Below are positions 32,871 through 46,026 of a stretch of DNA of 64,000 nucleotides, piece after piece; the first letter of the stretch is position 1; each line of letters opens with the position of its first letter. This DNA is from Flectonema sp. DT1601 (taxonomy: Eukaryota). The translations under genes and the position numbers were made by a program. The DNA is taken from NCBI GenBank assembly GCA_964019425.1, contig OZ025796.1:124001-188000 (forward strand), in the 5' to 3' direction. The notes beneath the pieces are model-generated. The model saw only the letters and a list, made by a program, of their open reading frames with translations, did no database searches and was not told where the DNA came from.

Positions 32871-33704
32871 CTAATCAGTGAAATTTATCTTAACAGCAAC
32901 CTTACAAGAATCCATACTCGAAGCAGATGCCTGCACAGCAGAAGAAAGTGAAGGTGTCCAACGATGGCGAATAGAAGCAGCTGATCTACCAGATTTCGTG
33001 TCCGTACGTAGAGACAATTCCGTGTCGTTAGAAACGTCAAAAGACGCACCAGCCACTATCGATGGTGATTCTGGAGCTTCCGTATTCCATCGAGGCATAG
33101 CAGTTCTTAATGCGAATGTTACCTTTTTAGAAGGACGAATTAAACCTTCGATAACAGCATTCTTCTCATCAACAGTCGCACCCATAAAGAAGTAATTCGA
33201 GTTGTAGGTCACCGCAGAGGCTACTTTAGGAGCTGATGTGCTATCAAGAACAGCAGATGCTCCAATTCGTATTGAGGAGGTTAATGAAGTGGTTCCATTG
33301 AAATGGAATATTGGAGATTCCTTTAATTGAGTTGAATGTATTAATTTAAAAGAACGGGCACCATAACTCGCCGACAGGGAGGGTTGTTCAGAAACCGCTC
33401 CACCCAACTCAAGTCCAGGGTATATACCGGTAAGCTTGGCGCTGGTTTCGAGTGCGATCTTTCCGTTATTCTTCTGTTGCAGTACAGGGTTGATCGTCAT
33501 ATTTAACCCTTCATATAAAACTGATCCCTTCGCTCCAATCATTCCGACCGTCTCTTTATCGTCAGAAGTATTTTCCATCACAACGTGGAGTCCATCACGT
33601 TTGATTTCACTGCGAACTTGCAATCTGTGATTTAAAACATCACTACCCAGCACATCTGACACTGGCTTCATAAGTTCTTTGTAGGGAGGTGGGATTGCAG
33701 CCAT
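32871..33704 (-). CDS. Eukaryotic mitochondrial porin (VDAC-like)
   Basis: 277 aa, N-terminal PPPYKELMKPVSDVL helix, alternating beta-strand pattern and a C-terminal beta-signal-like KVAVKINF. Confidence 0.8.
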   Translation of the reverse strand: MAAIPPPYKELMKPVSDVLGSDVLNHRLQVRSEIKRDGLHVVMENTSDDKETVGMIGAKGSVLYEGLNMTINPVLQQKNNGKIALETSAKLTGIYPGLELGGAVSEQPSLSASYGARSFKLIHSTQLKESPIFHFNGTTSLTSSIRIGASAVLDSTSAPKVASAVTYNSNYFFMGATVDEKNAVIEGLIRPSKKVTFALRTAMPRWNTEAPESPSIVAGASFDVSNDTELSLRTDTKSGRSAASIRHRWTPSLSSAVQASASSMDSCKVAVKINFTD

Positions 33705-33777
33705 TTTATTATTTTTCTTCCTCCCCTTTTTATTTTGTTGTTATTTACTGTTTTGTGAATAGAGTGAAATAGTTTTC

Positions 33778-33808
<31 letters not shown>

Positions 33809-34211
33809 GTTCTAGCACCACTCATTGGTATGTCCTTTTCCTGGATAAATAAGTAATTAATACGTTTCTGCTTATGAATGGGAAGTTCTTTAAAAATGAC
33901 AACACAACGGTCATAGATTCTCAGGTAGCTTCACACAATATTTGCCAAAAGAGAGAAATAATTTTCGTTGAAGTAGTAATAAGTAGTTTTTCTTTTTAAT
34001 TTTTTTTTTTTTCATAGAGAGGTAACTGTGCGATACAATAGAACAAATACTCTACCGTGAAAAAAAAAAACGCAACAGTTTTTTTTTTTTTTTTTTTTTC
34101 GGTGTAAGAGAGAAGGAAATACTTTGTCTGACTGACAACTAAATGAGATCTCAATGATCACTAAACTAAAAATAAATTTTATGAAAAAATTATCAGACCT
34201 CGAATAAGAGA

Positions 34212-35108
34212 CTAATAATTTCTAATCATGTCAATAGCAAACGGGTCGATGTGTACGTCAGACTCCACAGATATCATTGAACTATTGTCACCGTAAATAC
34301 TAATGGATCCTCCACTATTTAGAGAGGTGAGTAGTGATGTCAGACTTTGACCAAAAGACAATTCTCGATTTTGAATGTTCGGTGAACTTCCATCAGCGGT
34401 CGATGTGAAATCGAATTCTTTAAGACACTTTGAAATCCTCTGAAATATCGCTTGTTTTTTTTTCAAAGTCGCCTCTCGTTTGTCAAGAATCTTCGCTCGC
34501 ACATCGTGCTTGTGGAACGAACTGGAAAAAGCGATCCTCGTTGCTATTTGAGGAAGTCGGAGAATATCACGAGCAGTGCTCCCAATCGAAATGTCACTGA
34601 ATATGTTTGTAACGCAGTTCAAAGGAAATAACTTATCGATTGCAACACAAAGATCACTAATAGAAGTTAATGGAAATGTCTCATCACAGACATACCATGA
34701 GATCAGCAGAGCCTCTGCTTGGCTGTTGAACGAGATAGTTAGCTTACCTCGATGAGGTTGGCAGCAATCTTCAAGGTGACTCAAGGCTCGCAATGTTTCA
34801 ATTGTGACTTTCCAAACTAATTCTTCACAATCAATTATCTTATGGTCAGTTTTCATCGATTGTAAATCATATGAGGGCTCACAAACAACATAAACTTTAT
34901 CACCGATTTGCTTACATTCAACAACTTGTTCCAAATGTCTGTAAGACGGTTCTTTTATTGCTATTTTTATTGTTTCAGAGTCTCCTTTTAAAACTTTTCC
35001 ATAAAACCATTTCGTGTTGTCCTCAATGTCTCGAAGGCGATAATTACTACCACCGCTGCAATACTCAACGAAATACCCTAATGTTGGAAACTGTTTGCGA
35101 GCCTGCAT
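34212..35108 (-). CDS. Hypothetical protein, possibly a highly degenerate kinase-like fold plus coiled coil
   Basis: 298-aa ATG ORF. VYVVCE, LVWKVTIETLRALSHL and STARDILRLP loosely resemble kinase subdomains V, VIa and XI. No catalytic motifs. Confidence 0.6.
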   Translation of the reverse strand: MQARKQFPTLGYFVEYCSGGSNYRLRDIEDNTKWFYGKVLKGDSETIKIAIKEPSYRHLEQVVECKQIGDKVYVVCEPSYDLQSMKTDHKIIDCEELVWKVTIETLRALSHLEDCCQPHRGKLTISFNSQAEALLISWYVCDETFPLTSISDLCVAIDKLFPLNCVTNIFSDISIGSTARDILRLPQIATRIAFSSSFHKHDVRAKILDKREATLKKKQAIFQRISKCLKEFDFTSTADGSSPNIQNRELSFGQSLTSLLTSLNSGGSISIYGDNSSMISVESDVHIDPFAIDMIRNY

Positions 35109-35613
35109 GTCAACGATATTATAATAATATGCTGAAGAAAATAAGTAAAAAAAAATCGAAAATACTATTTACGGCCACGGTACACTACTGTCGCAAGCTG
35201 ATAGGGCTGTTTGTCACTCTTGTAAAGAATAATAATGCCTAAATATATTTGTAAAAATAAATTACATTTGCAAACTTCGACATAACAAAATGTCGTTAAG
35301 CAATTAAGAACATAAAGGAACTGAAGAGAGACTACTTTTTCAACTACCTTGTAGGGAGAAAAAAAAAAAAAAAAAAAAGAAAAAAAAATATTGCTGGGAA
35401 TCGCATTATTTAAAATAGCGTTTCTTCTTTTTTTTTAATTTTTTTTTCATTGTCGTTTCTGGTCGTAGCGATTCTCATATTGAGACATAAATATTGAATG
35501 AATCAGGTGGTTGTTTAATTAGAAATCTTCTCACGTTAGAGAGAGTTCAGTAGTTCTGTATACTAATCAGGTGAATGAGCGAATAAACTACAAGGCAAGA
35601 AGATCAACATGAC

Positions 35614-36094
35614 TTAGTACCCCGGACCCGGTGGTGCTGAAGGCGACGGGTATGGGTTTTGAGGACCACAAGACTGACATGTGAGTGCAGTAATTGTATT
35701 TTGAAAATGACAGGACTGGCAAACCCAAACCTGAGGCTGACCTTGATCAGATGGTGGAGCTTGTTGCTGTGGCTGTTGCTGTTGTTGCGGCTGCTGTCCA
35801 GATCCCATTCCCTTCTTTATTCCTTTTACGAACCCAGTGAGAGCCGTACCCCCGACTTTAGCCATTTTCCCAACCTGGGCACCGATATTTTCAGATTGAC
35901 TACTCTGACCTGGTTGTGCCTGCTGTTGTTGATACTCCTGTGGCTGAGGTGGTTGCTGTGGTTGTTGTTGCTGTTGTTGTTGCTGCTGCTGCTGACCACT
36001 TGCATAACCACTTTTTAGAGCCCCAAGAAATCCACCCGATTTCTGTTGTTGTGGCTGCTGTGGTTGTTGTTGTGGTTGTTGCTGTGGCTGCTGC

Positions 36095-36138
<44 letters not shown>

Positions 36139-36578
36139 TTGCTGTTTCTGCTGTTTCTGCTGCTGATAACCACTCTTTAGTCCCCCTAAGAAGCCCCCCG
36201 AAGCTGGCTGCTGCTGAACAGGTTGCTGCTGTTGCACCTGCTGCGGGTACTGATACTGCTGTGGAGGTGCTGTAGTGTACACAGTAGTAGTAGTAGTTCC
36301 TCTGTTTGGGTTTTATTTATGATTTCATGATCACCAAAAAGTATATAATATTACAATACTCCATCAGAGTGTGAATGAGAATGAATTCGTACTAAGGAAA
36401 ACACACACCGCGGAGCTACAGCTGCTTGTGCTACTCTCATAGCTCTCGTTGGATCGTTTCTTACAGCGTTAACAGCCCCTCTTGCTGCCATACTAATCGC
36501 CTGATTAGCTCCTTGCGATACCGCACGTTGTACTGGATTCACAGTACGTGAGGTGTAAACAACTTGTTGGGGTTGCAT
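35614..36578 (-). CDS. Gln-rich protein with C-terminal RanBP2-type zinc finger, 2 exons (36578-36409, 36301-35614)
   Basis: WVCQSCHFQN..TCQSC motif, polyQ tracts and a twice-repeated GGFLGxLKSGY. Intron 36302-36408 (GTGTGT..CAG) joins the two ORFs in frame. Confidence 0.8.
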
Positions 36579-39186
36579 TGTTGGTTTATCTTCTTTGTCT
36601 GTGATATATAAGAAAATAAATGATAAATAATTTTAACACCTAATCATCTTCTACATAACTACCTGTTGAAATAATAAAAGTAACAATGAGTTTCAGACTA
36701 TAACATCTACCTAGCCGGAAGGGCTACCTGCGGTGCTTCAACCGATAAACATAAGGGACGTGGAGCGAGTGTTGGATTACTTCACGAAAAAGAAGTAAAG
36801 GAAAATAATAAAAAAAGGAAAGGAAAATAAAAAGAAAAAATAAAAAAGAAAATAAATAAGTAACTGAAGATAACCTTGGTAGGTATTAAAAAGAAATCGC
36901 GCGTACGGTTCAGGTGAACGAGCAGCATGGTGACGATGTTTTTTGTTGTTGTATAATTAGTTGATTAAAGCATTATCTTGTTTAATTAAATGAACATGGA
37001 AATCGCAGTGAGTGCAGGAGGTGACCTTTCCCGTGGGATCAGAGACTTTCACAAGATGTTCACGTGCACGTACATAAAAGAAAAAAATTGATCACTCAAA
37101 AGACTAGAGTCGATTGGCTCGACTCATTTATTGCAGGAAGACTTGACCCCCCCCCTGCAGTAAAAGTTTGCACTTCTGAGCGAACAGCAAGTCGATTTCT
37201 AGGCCTCAGGTCCTGGTTAATTGTTCGTAACTTGGAAGAGCAAAAAAAAAAACCATTCAGAAAGCCTTATGTATATATATTGTTGATCGCAGACAGTATT
37301 ACTGGCTCACAGGGAAAATAGATAACATTTTTGACGCAATAAATAAACGGGCTCCTAATCTGAGAAGCTTTTTCTCTGACTTCGTCAGTGTAACAAAAAA
37401 AAAAAAAAAAGACGGGGATGTATGGGAAAACAAGTTTTTTTTTTTTTTTTTTTCCATTCCTCCCATTTTTTTTTTTAATTTTTTCAATTAATTTCCCAGA
37501 AGTGACAACATGTAGTGAAAATATACCTTGTGACTAGTGTCTGCTACATGCTACATGTTTCCTTTTTTTTTTATTTACACCCTTTTATTTATTTTCCCGT
37601 TCCATTAGGGTATGGCAACATAATACGGACCTAAACAAAATCATCCAGCTGGAGAGCGGATACGATCTTTTACAATGTTATTTTATTTATTTTTTTCGTT
37701 CCAAAAACAGAAGACAGACGTCATTGTACAACTAAGCAGTTGGATTCGCTTGTTGTTGTTATTGTTATTGTTGTTTTGTTTTGAATAAATCAATCAAGGT
37801 AGAATCATGGTAAATATTACTTACTACACAACATCAGAACGACAACCATCGAATTCAGATTTCGAAATTGGTTTTTTTTTACATCTGAACGCTGTACAAC
37901 GCAATAAATCTCAATACCGATTCTGATTACCTGAAATGTAATATTCCATTGAGATACGTGGGGATTTTAAAAAAAAAAAAAAAAGAAAAAAAAAAAAAAA
38001 AATTTCAAACCTTGAAAAACAATAATATAATAATTCAGCAAAGCCTTAATCGACTTCGTATTTGTAGAATTAAAAAAAAAAAAAAGAAAGAAACTATTCT
38101 TGTAGACGAACCTACAGTAGAAAGGAGGAGGCAAGCTGAAAATCACTAATTCCACAAGCTCATCGAGTGACTCGATAAGTGTTATTTAGAATGTCTGTGA
38201 AGCATCTTCGTATCGTCAGAGGTCAGAGGCAAGCCAAAAAAATAAAATAAACTAAAAAAGAAATGAGGAACTTATTGTACATAACAGAATAATTCACTTG
38301 TGAGATTTGTTAGTAAATATTGTATACTTTTTCGAGTGAGAGACTCGAATTTCGGATCGTAAAAATAACAAAAAAAAAAAAAAAAAAAAAGGAAGCAAGC
38401 AGGAATCGAACTAAAAGCTAAATTTGCAAACTTTTTTTTTTTTTTTTTTTTTTTTTTGCAACACTGAAAAAAATAAAAAAGACGTCCGGGAGGAATAATG
38501 AAAATAAATTATTTCATTCGCAATGAAAAATCAAACGAAACCCAAAGTAAGACTTCTGAATGGCATTGCTATGAAACAAGCCAACTATGAAGTGAACTCA
38601 CAACTACAAGGAGAATATCTCGGTACGTTGCTTATACCAACATGCTCTCATTGTCCTGACCTAGTAAAAATCCCCGTGTTGAGTCAAATTAAGCCGCATA
38701 TTCCACGCCTGGTGGTGTGCATTCCGTCAACTCTTTTCAAGTTGAAAAAAAAAGAGGAAAATACTAAAACTGTTTGTGATGGGTTAAATATGTTTTCGAC
38801 AGCTAATAACATCTATTTAGAAAAAGCCTTTAATATTTTGTTGATCACAGATAGATAGTAGACCTTTTTTTTTTTATGTCAGTGCAAAAAAAAAAAAAAA
38901 AAGAAAGAAAGAAAAGGAGAAATATACCGGTTTGACAATGACCAAGTTAATTCAATTACTTGAGGAGTTCTTTTTGTTTTTTTTGTTTTTTTGAAAAAAA
39001 AAATTTGGTTAAATTGGGGTAATGTTTTCTTCATAAAACAAAGGAAAAGGAAAAGGGAAAAAAAATTAAAAAAAAGAGTAATTCCGTTCTCCAATAAAGG
39101 GGCGTTAATCAACGTTTCTTTTGTACAATAAAAAAAATGCTCCCCTGAAAAACGAATTAAAAAAAATGGGGAAAAAAATGTTTTAA

Positions 39187-39607
39187 TTAGTTAGCAAAAT
39201 ACAGAACTGATGACTACGAGGGGTCTGGGTAGCCCGCATCAGTAAGGATCCAATCGCGAAGATTGTAGTTTTATAGCTTCGGCTGGAAGTGATAGACTCC
39301 CAGCTCCCACCTTGCCCAGAGGCTAACAGGTTGAAAACAACTACAGAAAATAAAAGAGAAGTAATCTGGGAGGGGGAAGGTAAAAATAAATAAAAAAATC
39401 TTTTTTATTCCATAATACAGCATCTTTCTCTATAATACGGCCACATGTGCCATATGCCCAGCATTACAAAAATTGGGCAGCACACAGCCATATCACTCAG
39501 CAAGAAATGAAAACAAAACGATCAGGTAAGATGACAGTCTGTTTATGGAGTTTTTTAGTTAGTTGAAGTAAGAGGGAGTAATTTGATACTGCATTCTTAA
39601 GCTCAAA
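39187..39607. repeat. Dispersed structured repeat, copy 1 (39187-39366 plus a displaced continuation at 39571-39607)
   Basis: Aligns by eye to 47418-47620 in the same orientation. It begins with TTAG tandem units, and about 200 bp of unrelated sequence interrupts it. Confidence 0.85.
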
Positions 39608-40477
39608 GGACGGGGGAAAAGGGGTAAATAAAAAAATAAAAACGGAAATGGGAAGATCTCTGCACCCAGGAATGCCAGTCAAAAAAAAAAAATGAAAACC
39701 TTTTGTTGCTGACGACATATTTAAGCGGGGCTCTTTTATTCTATTCTTTTTTTTTTTTTGTTCTTTTTTTATTCTCACTTTTTTTTTTTTTATCTTGAGA
39801 AATCATTTTAAACCGTGTATGGTAAGCGCGCATTCAGGGGAGAAGGAAAAAAAAAAAAAAAAAAAAAAAAAAATAGAAGGATGAGGATCCGCTCCTTAAT
39901 TCTATAGTAAAAGGGCGTCGATTTTTTTCGTTAGGTTTTTTTTTTTTGAATTTAAACTTAAATTAAAGTATATTAGTTATAATAATAATAAAAAAACGAC
40001 AAAAGTTCGATTACCAATTCGTTGTGTACCTTTCTTTACTTCCTCTGTTTTGTTTCCCCCTTTTGGTTATCTTACAGAAAACCTTTCCTCTTTTTTTTTT
40101 TCCATTCTTGACTAGTAGCTGTCCCTATTGCTGTATTGCACAGTAATTAGATAATTGTCAAAGAATGTAAATCACAAAGTGAGAAGGAGGGCTCCGATTC
40201 CGACTTAACGTTGAATAGAAGTTGTTTGAAATAGGGAGGATTTGATTGCTCCACATGAAGCATGTCGTTTCTACATCTGAGCCCAGAGACCTGGCCAACA
40301 GATACTAAAACTGTTACCTCCGTTATCAGAAAATCATCCATCGCGTAAAACACGAACAGTTATTTTTTCCAATCTCATTTTTTTTTCGGGAACTATGTGT
40401 CACCCAAAAAAAATTACTGAACGTTGATTGCTTTTGCTTTCTTAAGCATTTCTCCATTAATACTTTTTGAAAGGGGG

Positions 40478-40509
<32 letters not shown>

Positions 40510-40929
40510 AGAAAGTTTTTTTTTTGGTTGAAAGCTGCTTCATACCTACTGAGGAGCCCACAGGGCTCACCCAAAACTACTTACGTGCGATCTGCTATTA
40601 GCAGGATCATAAAAAAATAAAGACAAGTCGAAACTTGACTATTGTTGTATTTTCTAAAAGAAAGAACGGGGGAAAGCTCACGGAATGCGAGGTGGTTAAG
40701 TAAATTATTTTCTTTCTTGTTTTTTTATAATATCCGTCTACTAAGGGGACTACCTGTCTTATTTGTTATTACAACAATCGACTTCATTGTTGCCTTTCGG
40801 AAATATGATATTAACATGGCTAGCGTTGTCAATATCAAGGAGGGAAAAGAAGAAGAAAACAAAGAAAATCAAATCAAATCAAAAGATCCTTAAACATCAC
40901 TGTACTAGCGAGTAGTTTCGGGTGGGAAG

Positions 40930-40960
<31 letters not shown>

Positions 40961-43722
40961 TAAAGCTCTATGGTGCTTCAAGTTGGTATTTCACTCAAAC
41001 ACCAAACCTACTTCGACTACCAATTAAAACTCGCTTTGAAAAACAGGAATATAAGGTGATTGTTAGTCCCTTTAAAAAGAGAAAGGGAAGAAAAAAGAAA
41101 GAAAAAAAGTGAACAACATCGGACACCAGGTTCCTTAATGTTGAGATGCAAGCAACAACGTATCTTCTTTTGAATTAATACCCTGAATTATTAGAAGAAA
41201 AAAAAAACTGCAACTAGAAAAAAAAAGAGTAAATTTTCAACCAACACAAGTATTGTAACTCGCAGTGATCACACCCATACCAAAAAAAAAAAAGATAATG
41301 CGCTTAGCGAATAACAAATACAGGTGCATAGACAAAGACGTAAGTGATGCATAATAGGATCAAACAAACATAAGCCTAAAACAAAAGCCCTGAAGTAATT
41401 GTGCTGGAGAGATGCCGAAATATAATAGCACTCGAGGAGTCCTAATATACCGTCGTGTGTTTTATTTTTAGAAAGGCATTTTTGCGCACCACCACTAAAG
41501 CTGGTTAAGCCTTGGTAAAATAAACAACGGTTGTACAATTTTTTTTTTTTGTGGAAAAAGGGAATACACCATCCCATTTTCTTTAGCCTTTTCAAAAAGA
41601 AAAAGAAAAAGAACAAGAAAAAGAAAAAGAAAAACAGCTACTTGCTTTTATGCTTCCTCGACTGTTTCATTTTACTAAATGGGGTAATGCTGTAGTCGAA
41701 GGGAACGCAACCATCTTGCTGTACATGCAGCAAGACAGGGATAGGTAAACTTACTTACGAAACATATATAAGTATGCTTTCTATTTCTATTATACTTTTT
41801 CTTCCATTTTTTTTTTTCGTTCTCAATCTCACCAGTCTCCTTCCGGGCTGTACTTTTTAAAAATAAAGTAAAAAGAGTTAGTAAACGACAAGTACAGAGA
41901 TACTTTTGAGGCTCACGTAAATAAAAGAAGAACTCTGCCAACAAAAACAATCAAAACAGACGAGAGAAATACGTAGAAAACATAAGGTGTGGCTACAGTT
42001 TTTCGGACATAGAAGAAAGTCAACGTTCTTAAAAGACTATTCGCTTTCTCCAGTCATGATCTTAGTGAATCAATTGCTTTATTGTTACCGAAGAAAGAAA
42101 AAAAAAGCTTCCTCCACGGTTGCTACAGAAGGGAATGTGGGGGGTGACAAGAAGAATACTCAGTTTTCTCGCAATTTTGAAAGCAACGAAAAAAAAGTCG
42201 TAAAACACGGTATACGATCATACATAATGTGAAGTATGAATGAAATGGTGGATAAGTTAGGGAATTGTTGAAATTCGCTGCTAATCTTTTTTTTTTTTTT
42301 TTTTTTTTAAATCTGCTGTGAAACGACTTGTTTGGTATCCAGCCACCATAAAAGCAGATTAAAAGGTAAGAAGCATTGCCAACAACTACTTTCCTCAACT
42401 CTACCTTACGAGCGAGGCAGTGACACACTTATACAGAATAAATTTCAAGTAGGCCAGTCTATGACTCTACTATTGGAGAAAAGGTTATTTTCGGGGGTTA
42501 AAAAGAATGGAACTTTACTTTTATGAAGTGATTCGAAATAAGAAATACTCAAGCCTCACAAAGCATTGTAAGAAGGAGGGATGGGGGAAAAAGAATAACT
42601 ATTCAAACTTCCATTCTATTGTAGCGCATCTAAAATAAAATTTAAAAAAATTCGTCGATTGCTTCCGTAACTGATAATGTTAGGACAATAAAAAAAATAA
42701 TAAATCATAGACACGAACAACTACTAAAATTGAAGTTACTTTTTTTTTTTTTTTTGAATTTTTTTTTCTTTTCATCGTTTTCCTTTTCCCTTAGAAAGTT
42801 ACAACAAAAAAAAAAAAAAATAATAATAATATTAATAATAATTTTCATTAAAAAAGAAAATAAAATAAAAGCAGTATCATGACTACTACCTGCTGCATTT
42901 TAACGAAAACAATTTCATATTTTTATGTATCAAAGTCAGGTAAGCCAACCTCCAAAGTAAGCAGACCACAAGATCGTAAGAGGCAGACTTTGCCGAGCCA
43001 TAAACAAAAGAGGGCATGTAAACTCCCCCATAATTAAACCTCATTGTAAAGCGGAAACTTAACTAAAGCACCACCTGAAATGGAAAGGTAAGCACAAGAT
43101 GACGTAGAAGCGATAAAACAGTGTCGTGTTGTGTGATGGCATACAAATAAAAAACGAAATCGATTTAAAAAAAAAAGGAAGACAGCAACCACAAGGGAAA
43201 AAGAAATTCTACAAAATTGATGAACAGCTCTCACTTTTCAGCAAGGTGCTTCATTGATATATATTTCATTTTTTTTTCCATTTTCCTCTCGAGCCCTCGA
43301 GCCACCATCGTGGCTGCACACAGACATTTAGATGAAGGAGAACTGGACTCGTCCGGATCACAGAAAATATCGAAAACTACGCTGCTGTTGTGAATTAACT
43401 GGATGCTTATCTTATTCTGTTCACATAGATGTTGTGCTCTGGTCATCGGTGTTTGCCCAGGCTACTATTATTTGCAATACCAGTTGAAGAAGAAAGAAAG
43501 ACAAAATGAAAAAAAAAAAACGAAAAAATGAAAAAATGAAAAATGCAGTAAGAAGGCGGAGGAAAAATAATAATAATAAAAAAACATGAATGCAACGTCG
43601 TTCAAGGACAAGAATAGGAAAGACAGGGGAGTGAAAAAAAAGATTTGGTAGGGAAAGAAAATAGGGAATTATAGACAAAAAAAAAAAAGAATACGTTAAT
43701 TGCATATTCGCATAGCTTATAA

Positions 43723-46026
43723 CTACCCACTTCTCGAATCACTAAAAAAGCTGGTTGAGGATTCGGATGTTAATCCTTCGTTTGAGTCACTCTGTTGAGT
43801 GAATTTTCTTAACGAGTCAAGCCCAGGGATAGAAGTCGTATTAATATTATGTTCAGCTCCAGACTTTGCCGATAATAAATACTTCGATTGACACGCCTGG
43901 TGAGAAGATAATCTCAACGACGGATCTGGGTTGAGCATTCCTTCAACAAGTTCCCTAGCATCATGATTAGATGTGTGTTTAAACACTGGTGGTCGTGATG
44001 GAATTTTTCCATATTCATAAAGCTGATACAAGATAACACCCAATGCAAACACATCCTCCGAACTTTCAGCGCTGCTACTTCCGTCAGGTGCTTTAAGTTC
44101 CGGTGCTGTGAAGGCACTGATATTTGGGATATCATTTACGACGGTACCACTCTTTTCAGCACTACCAAAATTTACAAATACAAGTCTATCATTCACCTCA
44201 TCAACAATGATATTGTGAGGATTTACTTGCCTATGTACTATTCGGAGTTGGTGTAAAAATGATAGCGTGCTTAGTAACTGATGGGTGTATCTCAATCTGT
44301 GACACAGCTGTGATCCAATTGATCTATTTGTGATTTTCTTATGAAGAGTGTCTCCAGGAACAAAGTTAGACACTCCGTACCAAAATCCATTATCCTCAAA
44401 GATCTCTCGTGTGCTTTGTACGCAGTTAGAGTTGATTTTTGATAGGATTTCTGTTTCCTTTACCAATGCAGTTAGACATGACAATGAGGATGTTCCTGCA
44501 ACTCTTAAACAAAGTGTTGAATCATCTTTACCAATACAAGAATGAATAGTACCAATGTAGTCTCTACCTAATGGGATCCCAAGAGTATACTCTCCAACTA
44601 CTGCTGGTGCTCCACTAGAAACTGATGACTGAGAAAGTCTCTTCCCCATTGATGACGATGAATTCAACCACGGATGTTGAAGGATCTCTTCAGCAGTAAT
44701 TCTCATGCTTGGATCTCTTACGAGCATCTTATCAACCAAATCACGAGCTTCTGGTGAGACTGATGCGAGCCTCTCTTTTGGATAGCTAGCACTTTGAATA
44801 AGAGCGAATAATCCTTTTACTCGATCTTTACTACATAAAGTTCTGTTGTTGTTTTCAAATGGAGCCCGTCCTGTAAGTAGCTCGTAAAGTGTAGCCCCAG
44901 CAGACCAAATATCAACGGGTGTTGGTTCGTAACGGATGATATCATCTTGACCAGAAATAACTTCTGGTGCGACGTATTGCGGAGATCCACACGGATGACG
45001 AAGTAGCTGACCAGTTTCAAATTTGCAAGCGAATCCAAAATCTACAAGTTTTGCTTCATCCAGAGTAGTGTCAATTAAGATGTTTTCTGGTTTAATATCT
45101 CTGTGAACTACATTCATATTGTGAAGTACGGCTATGGCTTCAACGATTGATTTGAAGTAAGTTTTTACTCGATATTCACTTAGATGTTCTGTTCTGATGA
45201 CCTTCTGTAGATTTGACCCTTCGACAAGTTCCAAAATTAAATAGACGTATCTCTCAGATTCTAACACCTGTCTTAGGTTTACGATATTCTTCGACCTGTT
45301 GCATACAACTGTTAGGATTTGAGCTTCAGGCCAAACATGTCGACGTAGTTGTCTTTGAGACAGGCTATGTTTGTCAAATGTTTTTATTGCGTACTTTTGA
45401 TTTGATGTTTCATCCAATGCCGCGAATACAGTTCCATAAGAACCGACTCCAACACGAGATTGAAGTTTATAAGTTCCAACATAATCAATGAACCCTTCTG
45501 ATGTAAAAGTTTCAACAACCGTTGAGATCTTCATCTGCATAGACTTAGCCCCTTGGTGAGATGCACTTGAGTCACTGAGTCCTTGAGAACAGGGTGATCC
45601 AGGAGGTAGGAGAGACGGATTAATATTCGACACCGCATTATTTAAATTAGCGAGATTGAGTGCGGCGACATTCCTGTGGGTGATTATACCGGTTCCCTTT
45701 CCCATTGAGCCCATCCTTTTTATGGTTCCTTCTCTTCCTATCGAACCAACCCTTTTTATGGTTCCTTCTCTTCCTGCCGAACCAACCCTTTTTATGGTTC
45801 CTTCTCTTCCTGCCGAACCAACCCTTTTTATAGTTCCTTCTCTTCCTATCGAACCAACCCGTCTCATAGAATTTTCTCTATACAAAGGAGGTATTCCTTC
45901 AGGCATTGATCTGGTTGAGCTTCTTCGTTGCTGTTGTGGATTCAGTGACTGTCTTCGTCTTGGTCTTGGTTGAGGTCTCACATGCTTCTCTTGAACATGT
46001 GCTTCTGTCGCACCGCAATTTCCCAT
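43723..46026 (-). CDS. Acylated CAMK/AMPK-like Ser/Thr kinase with a second, degenerate kinase domain
   Basis: MGNC N-terminus. Domain 1 has GVGSYG, YAIK, HRDIKPEN, DFG and CGSPQYVAPE. Domain 2 has HRQVNPHN and NFG, so both catalytic Asp residues are lost. Confidence 0.92.
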   Translation of the reverse strand: MGNCGATEAHVQEKHVRPQPRPRRRQSLNPQQQRRSSTRSMPEGIPPLYRENSMRRVGSIGREGTIKRVGSAGREGTIKRVGSAGREGTIKRVGSIGREGTIKRMGSMGKGTGIITHRNVAALNLANLNNAVSNINPSLLPPGSPCSQGLSDSSASHQGAKSMQMKISTVVETFTSEGFIDYVGTYKLQSRVGVGSYGTVFAALDETSNQKYAIKTFDKHSLSQRQLRRHVWPEAQILTVVCNRSKNIVNLRQVLESERYVYLILELVEGSNLQKVIRTEHLSEYRVKTYFKSIVEAIAVLHNMNVVHRDIKPENILIDTTLDEAKLVDFGFACKFETGQLLRHPCGSPQYVAPEVISGQDDIIRYEPTPVDIWSAGATLYELLTGRAPFENNNRTLCSKDRVKGLFALIQSASYPKERLASVSPEARDLVDKMLVRDPSMRITAEEILQHPWLNSSSSMGKRLSQSSVSSGAPAVVGEYTLGIPLGRDYIGTIHSCIGKDDSTLCLRVAGTSSLSCLTALVKETEILSKINSNCVQSTREIFEDNGFWYGVSNFVPGDTLHKKITNRSIGSQLCHRLRYTHQLLSTLSFLHQLRIVHRQVNPHNIIVDEVNDRLVFVNFGSAEKSGTVVNDIPNISAFTAPELKAPDGSSSAESSEDVFALGVILYQLYEYGKIPSRPPVFKHTSNHDARELVEGMLNPDPSLRLSSHQACQSKYLLSAKSGAEHNINTTSIPGLDSLRKFTQQSDSNEGLTSESSTSFFSDSRSG
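45709..45862 (-). repeat. Coding 36-bp tandem repeat (about 4.3 units of R-V-G-S-[I/A]-G-R-E-G-T-I-K)
   Basis: Visible directly in both DNA and translation. Confidence 0.95.

Noticed and set aside
36700..43700. Many 60-115 aa ORFs rich in K or F in the gene-poor interval (also 25025-25917, 32237-32544, 46893-49401, 57109-57306)
   Set aside because: They are translations of poly-A/poly-T tracts with no domain signal, probably UTR or intergenic DNA.
45709..45862. 36-bp repeats as a CRISPR array
   Set aside because: They are contiguous in-frame coding repeats without spacers, in a eukaryotic gene.
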